NCBI RefSeq assembly: GCF_006345805.1 | Contig: NC_042997.1 | Location: 77,748,001 to 77,812,000, forward strand | From: Octopus sinensis | Taxonomy: Eukaryota | DNA length: 64,000 nucleotides | Reading direction: 5' to 3' | In this document: one piece after another, positions 60,200 to 64,000 of the stretch | Layout of the letters: every line of letters begins with the position of its first letter | How positions within the stretch are numbered: position 1 is the first letter of the stretch | Position numbers and translations under genes: made by a program | The notes under the pieces: model-generated | Told to the model about the DNA's origin: nothing | Seen by the model: only the letters and a program-made list of their open reading frames with translations | Database searches by the model: none

Positions 60200-63100
60200 C
60201 CTCCCCAAAAATTAGTGCAGTCCCTCCCCAAAACGTAAAAACGTAAGTTTTTTATGCTGTTTGAAATTCTTCCATGGAGATTAAAGTAGGGTGTATAAAT
60301 GCACGTGGCTTGGGGTCGAGATAGAAACAAACCTGTCTCCTGAATGATCTCAGGTCACTAGATTTGGATATATGTATGGTAACTGAGTCCAAGTTGAATG
60401 AGCCACATATGTTCTTGTCTCTTCTAAGTAGCTACGAGAAATTTATTTCTCCTAGTCGCCAGGGAGGTGCAGGTGTGGTGGTTTTGTTCATAAAAAGCTT
60501 GGACGTGCAGGTAAGTACAGTCTTTCTGAACCCAGAAAGCGGGCTGGTCGTCCTAGATGTGATACATATAAGTAAACAGTCTTTCAGGTTGGTAGCTGTC
60601 TACGCTCTGAAAGAGTGTAGGCAAGCTGGATTTTTCGTGACTTGGAGAATTTCTTAGTAACGTCTAAGACTCTAGTTTTAACAGGAGACATTAACACTAT
60701 ACTTGATGCACAGGTGGATAGTGTTGGCTCACAAATAGAGGAGGAAATCCTGGTCTCAAAAGGCTACTAAGAAACTATGATTTAGTAGACCATTATAGGC
60801 TGGATGAACCGCTCATTCCACAGTGGACATAGTCTAATAATGATGGTTCACACAGGTCTTATCTCGATAGAATATTCGGTAGAAATAGAGATAAGGATAG
60901 TGTTAGTTGTCCATGTTTCTACTGTGTCCCTTACATGGATCACAAATTTGTGACGTGTAAGGTGTACTTAGTTAAGTGCCATAGACAGGAACTAGGATAC
61001 TGGAAGCTAAACAAGTCTATTTAGACTTGTAAAGCCTTCCAGGCCCTGGTTAAGCAATTAGTTCAAAGGGCATTATATGGCATCATCATCAATAATAGAT
61101 GGTGGTGTGCCCTCAAACGAGTCATTCATTCAGACTCTCTTAGATTTAGTAAACAGCTAAGTTTAGAAAAGACTAGAATAGGAGGGAAATTAGTTAAGGA
61201 ATTAGAAGAGGCCATGGAATCTGGCTCTGCATCTAGAGTGACGGCAGCAAGGGCGGTCTTGTTCCACCACCTCAAAGCCAAACACAAAGGGAGTAAAGTC
61301 AGGGCTAAGTCATGTGCAGTGGGGAGAGAGGGCATTAACATTACCGGATGGGCTCGTTGTGTGGAGAGTCGTAGAGGTAGAGAAGCCTCTATAAAGTCTT
61401 TAATTGATGACCAGAGTCGTAAGATCGAAGGACAAGAGGAGATGCGGAAGGCTTTTCATCAGCATTTCACCCGATTGTTCGGGAAGAACTATGCACTGGA
61501 CCATGGGGAGCCCCTAAGGGATTTCCTTGCTGGTGGGCCACAACTCTCGACATGGGAAGCAAGGTGCCATGAAGCGCGGATCACAGCTGAGGAGGTCAAG
61601 GAGGTGCTGGCTGAATGCGCCGGGAACAAATCACCGGGACTGGACAGTCTGCCCTACGAATTTTATTGAAGTGGAGCTGGTGCAGCTGTTTATTGCATCT
61701 GTTATCACCTACTGTCTGACTGTTATCCCTTGTTCCGATTCATGGCTAAGCAAGTTGGCACACCTTCTCTTCCGCTTGTTGTGGAAAGGAGGAAAGCCGT
61801 TTGTGAGGCACTCCGTATGATGTCAATGATTGTGTAGGCATGCGCTGAGGCTAAGGCATTTCTGGCTCTACTTGGATGGTGGACAAGTGTGGCAATTCAC
61901 TTGCAGAGGTATTCTTCCCATGACTGGACTCCTTGGAGGAATTTACACCCAATTTGATTAAAAGACATAATACAACTGAATGGCAAAAGGAGTGCCGACA
62001 GGCACTCCTGCTAATCCACAAGACAGGCAAAGCTGGCAGCAGGAATACCACCTCTGTATTTTATAAGGGGCTGGTAGAGTTTAAGAGTGATGACATCCAG
62101 GGAGGAGCTCTGGGTCTCAATGAGAACCAGCTATCCAACCTGTTTCAGAGAATTTTCAGGCTGGAGTACTTGGATCATCATTATCATCATCATTTAGCGT
62201 CCGTTTTCCATGCTAGCATGGGTTGGACAGTTCAACTGGAGTCTGTGAAGCCGGAAGGCTGCATCAGGCCCAGTCAGATCTGGCAGTGTTTCTACGGCTG
62301 GATGCCCTTCCTAACGCCAACCACTCCGTGAGTGTAGTGGGTGCTTTTTACGTGCCACCTGCACAGGTGCCAGACGGAGCTGGCAAACGGCCATGAACGG
62401 ATGGTGCTTTTACGTGCCACCGGCACGGGGGCCAGGCGAGGCTGGCAGTGGACACGAACGGATGGTGCTTTTACGTGCCACCGGCACGGAGGCCAGACGG
62501 GGCGACGCTGGCAACGGCCATGATCGGATGGTTTGCTTAACCACAGCTGCAACTTCCACTGATGTTGATCGACCTCAATTTTGGTTCTGCTTTCTGATAT
62601 CTGATTTGATTTGGTTTGATTTTCATTTTGACTGTTCTCACTGGTCTTGCCGGGTCTTCTCATGCACAGCATACTTCCATAGGTCTCGGTCTCTAGTCAT
62701 TTCCTTGGTGAGACCTAAAGTTCGAAGGTCGTGCTTCACCACCTCGTCCCAGGTTTTCCTGGGTCTACCTCTTCCACAGGTCCCCTCAACTGCCAGAGTG
62801 TGGCACTTTTTCACACAACTATCTTCATCCATTCTCACCACATGACCATACCAGCGCAATCGTCTCTCTTGCACACAACAACTGATGCTTCTTAGGTCCA
62901 ACTTTTCTCTCAAAGTACTTACACTCTGTCGATTATGAACACTGACATTACATGCTACCAAAAATCCCTGACCTGGCAGTGCTATAGGAATGCATTACCT
63001 ATTCACGAAAAATTGTCCAAGCATGGAATATCAGTGCCATATCAGTGTGATAAAGATTGTACCGCTCACCAGACTATCGAAGGAAGATAAGGCATTCTTT

Positions 63101-63510
63101 TTGTGTACAGTCGCAGTGTTGAAAGAGTGTGTATGGAGAACTAGAATGCAAGGAGTCATGACAGGAACTTTTATGTCCAGCCCTGGGTTGCTGTACTACT
63201 TCAGATATCATCTGAAGAGCAAGATAAGGCTGGAGAGGAGACACATGTCGCGAAGTATATTCGAGAAAAGATGGAAGGATGTAGCAAGGAAGTTGGGCAT
63301 GATTGACCCTACTTAATCTCACTCTTGGTAAAAGCAAGGTGTAGTCGCTGGACTTCACGGTCATGGTTTATCTATAAAAGGTACAAAAATTTTTTAATAT
63401 TATATTCATCATCTGATTTTTAAAAACCCTTATAATATGAACTCATGATCGCTTATTTTGTTTGTAATGTCCTGTACTGTCCTTTTCTATGTAAGATATT
63501 AATTATCATA
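60200..63510 (+). mobile_element. Degenerate Tx1/L1-clade LINE (APE, RT deleted, C-terminal domain), interrupted by an RTE
   Basis: VGCINARGLG, CMVTESK, VAVYA, GDIN, LDRIF, DHKFV, GYWKLN, KSPGLDSLPYEFY, then a jump to post-RT sequence. C-terminus FFLCTVAVLKECVWRTR..LERR. Confidence 0.88.
62176..62958 (-). mobile_element. 5'-truncated RTE LINE nested in the Tx1 element
   Basis: RRLRWYGHVVRM..GRGRPRKTW; (TGA)n tail; same family as 6592-7795. Confidence 0.92.
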
Positions 63511-64000
63511 AAGAATCATCTCATCGACAAGAGTCAATAAACTCGAAACATTGATATCTGAGGTTTCTGAGAGAGGGCGACATTGAATGAACGGGGTGTT
63601 TTCACACCTTTTACCATAAGAGATTATTCTCCATGATAACTGCAGTTAGCAATTGAAATATTTGACAAACATATTTCAACTAACCTAAATTGTGATTATA
63701 CATAAACACTGCTTCACACAATTACTCCAATATATATATATATATTTATAATAAGATTAGCTTGTATACGAGTGGGTATATATTTGTAAAAAATGAAGTT
63801 TGAAAATGCTGCTATATTAGACAAATTTTTTATTTTTATATATACATTATTTATTTAACATGTTTCGGTTCTTGAAATGACAAACCTTATCAAAAAAAAT
63901 TATATATAAAAAAGATAGTTCATGCTATCAAATATAAAAAATTCATATATAATAAAAAAATTCATATATAGTGAAGCGAGTCCATGCTATATGTTTAAAG

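Overview
AT-rich eukaryotic genomic DNA, dominated by repeats. The repeat families look like those of an octopus/coleoid cephalopod (inference from pattern recognition, not a database hit). There are no rRNA genes, intact tRNA genes, CRISPR arrays or intact long host ORFs. Most ORF-track entries are LINE/transposase fragments or microsatellite artefacts. Mobile content: several CR1/L2-group LINEs, including a nearly full-length minus-strand copy with a PHD + triple-CCCH ORF1; RTE LINEs and many RTE 3' tails; two Tx1/L1-clade fragments; a Dong/R4 RLE element in (TAA)n; an internally deleted Gypsy-type LTR element with a tRNA-Leu PBS; a hAT (Buster/SPIN-like) transposon with TSD; MITEs, Helentron-like elements and tRNA SINEs. 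Weak splice-signal evidence suggests a minus-strand host gene starting near 51.3 kb and a possible plus-strand terminal exon near 13.5 kb; neither is identified. Most interesting: (1) a tRNA-headed SINE whose tail carries a Penelope-type hammerhead ribozyme, in a fold-back arrangement at 58.8-59.3 kb, plus four other unrelated hammerhead-like motifs; (2) a 787-bp element with 83-bp terminal direct repeats in (TA)n; (3) a CpG-decay contrast between repeat copies that may mark a historical gene-body methylation boundary near 49 kb.
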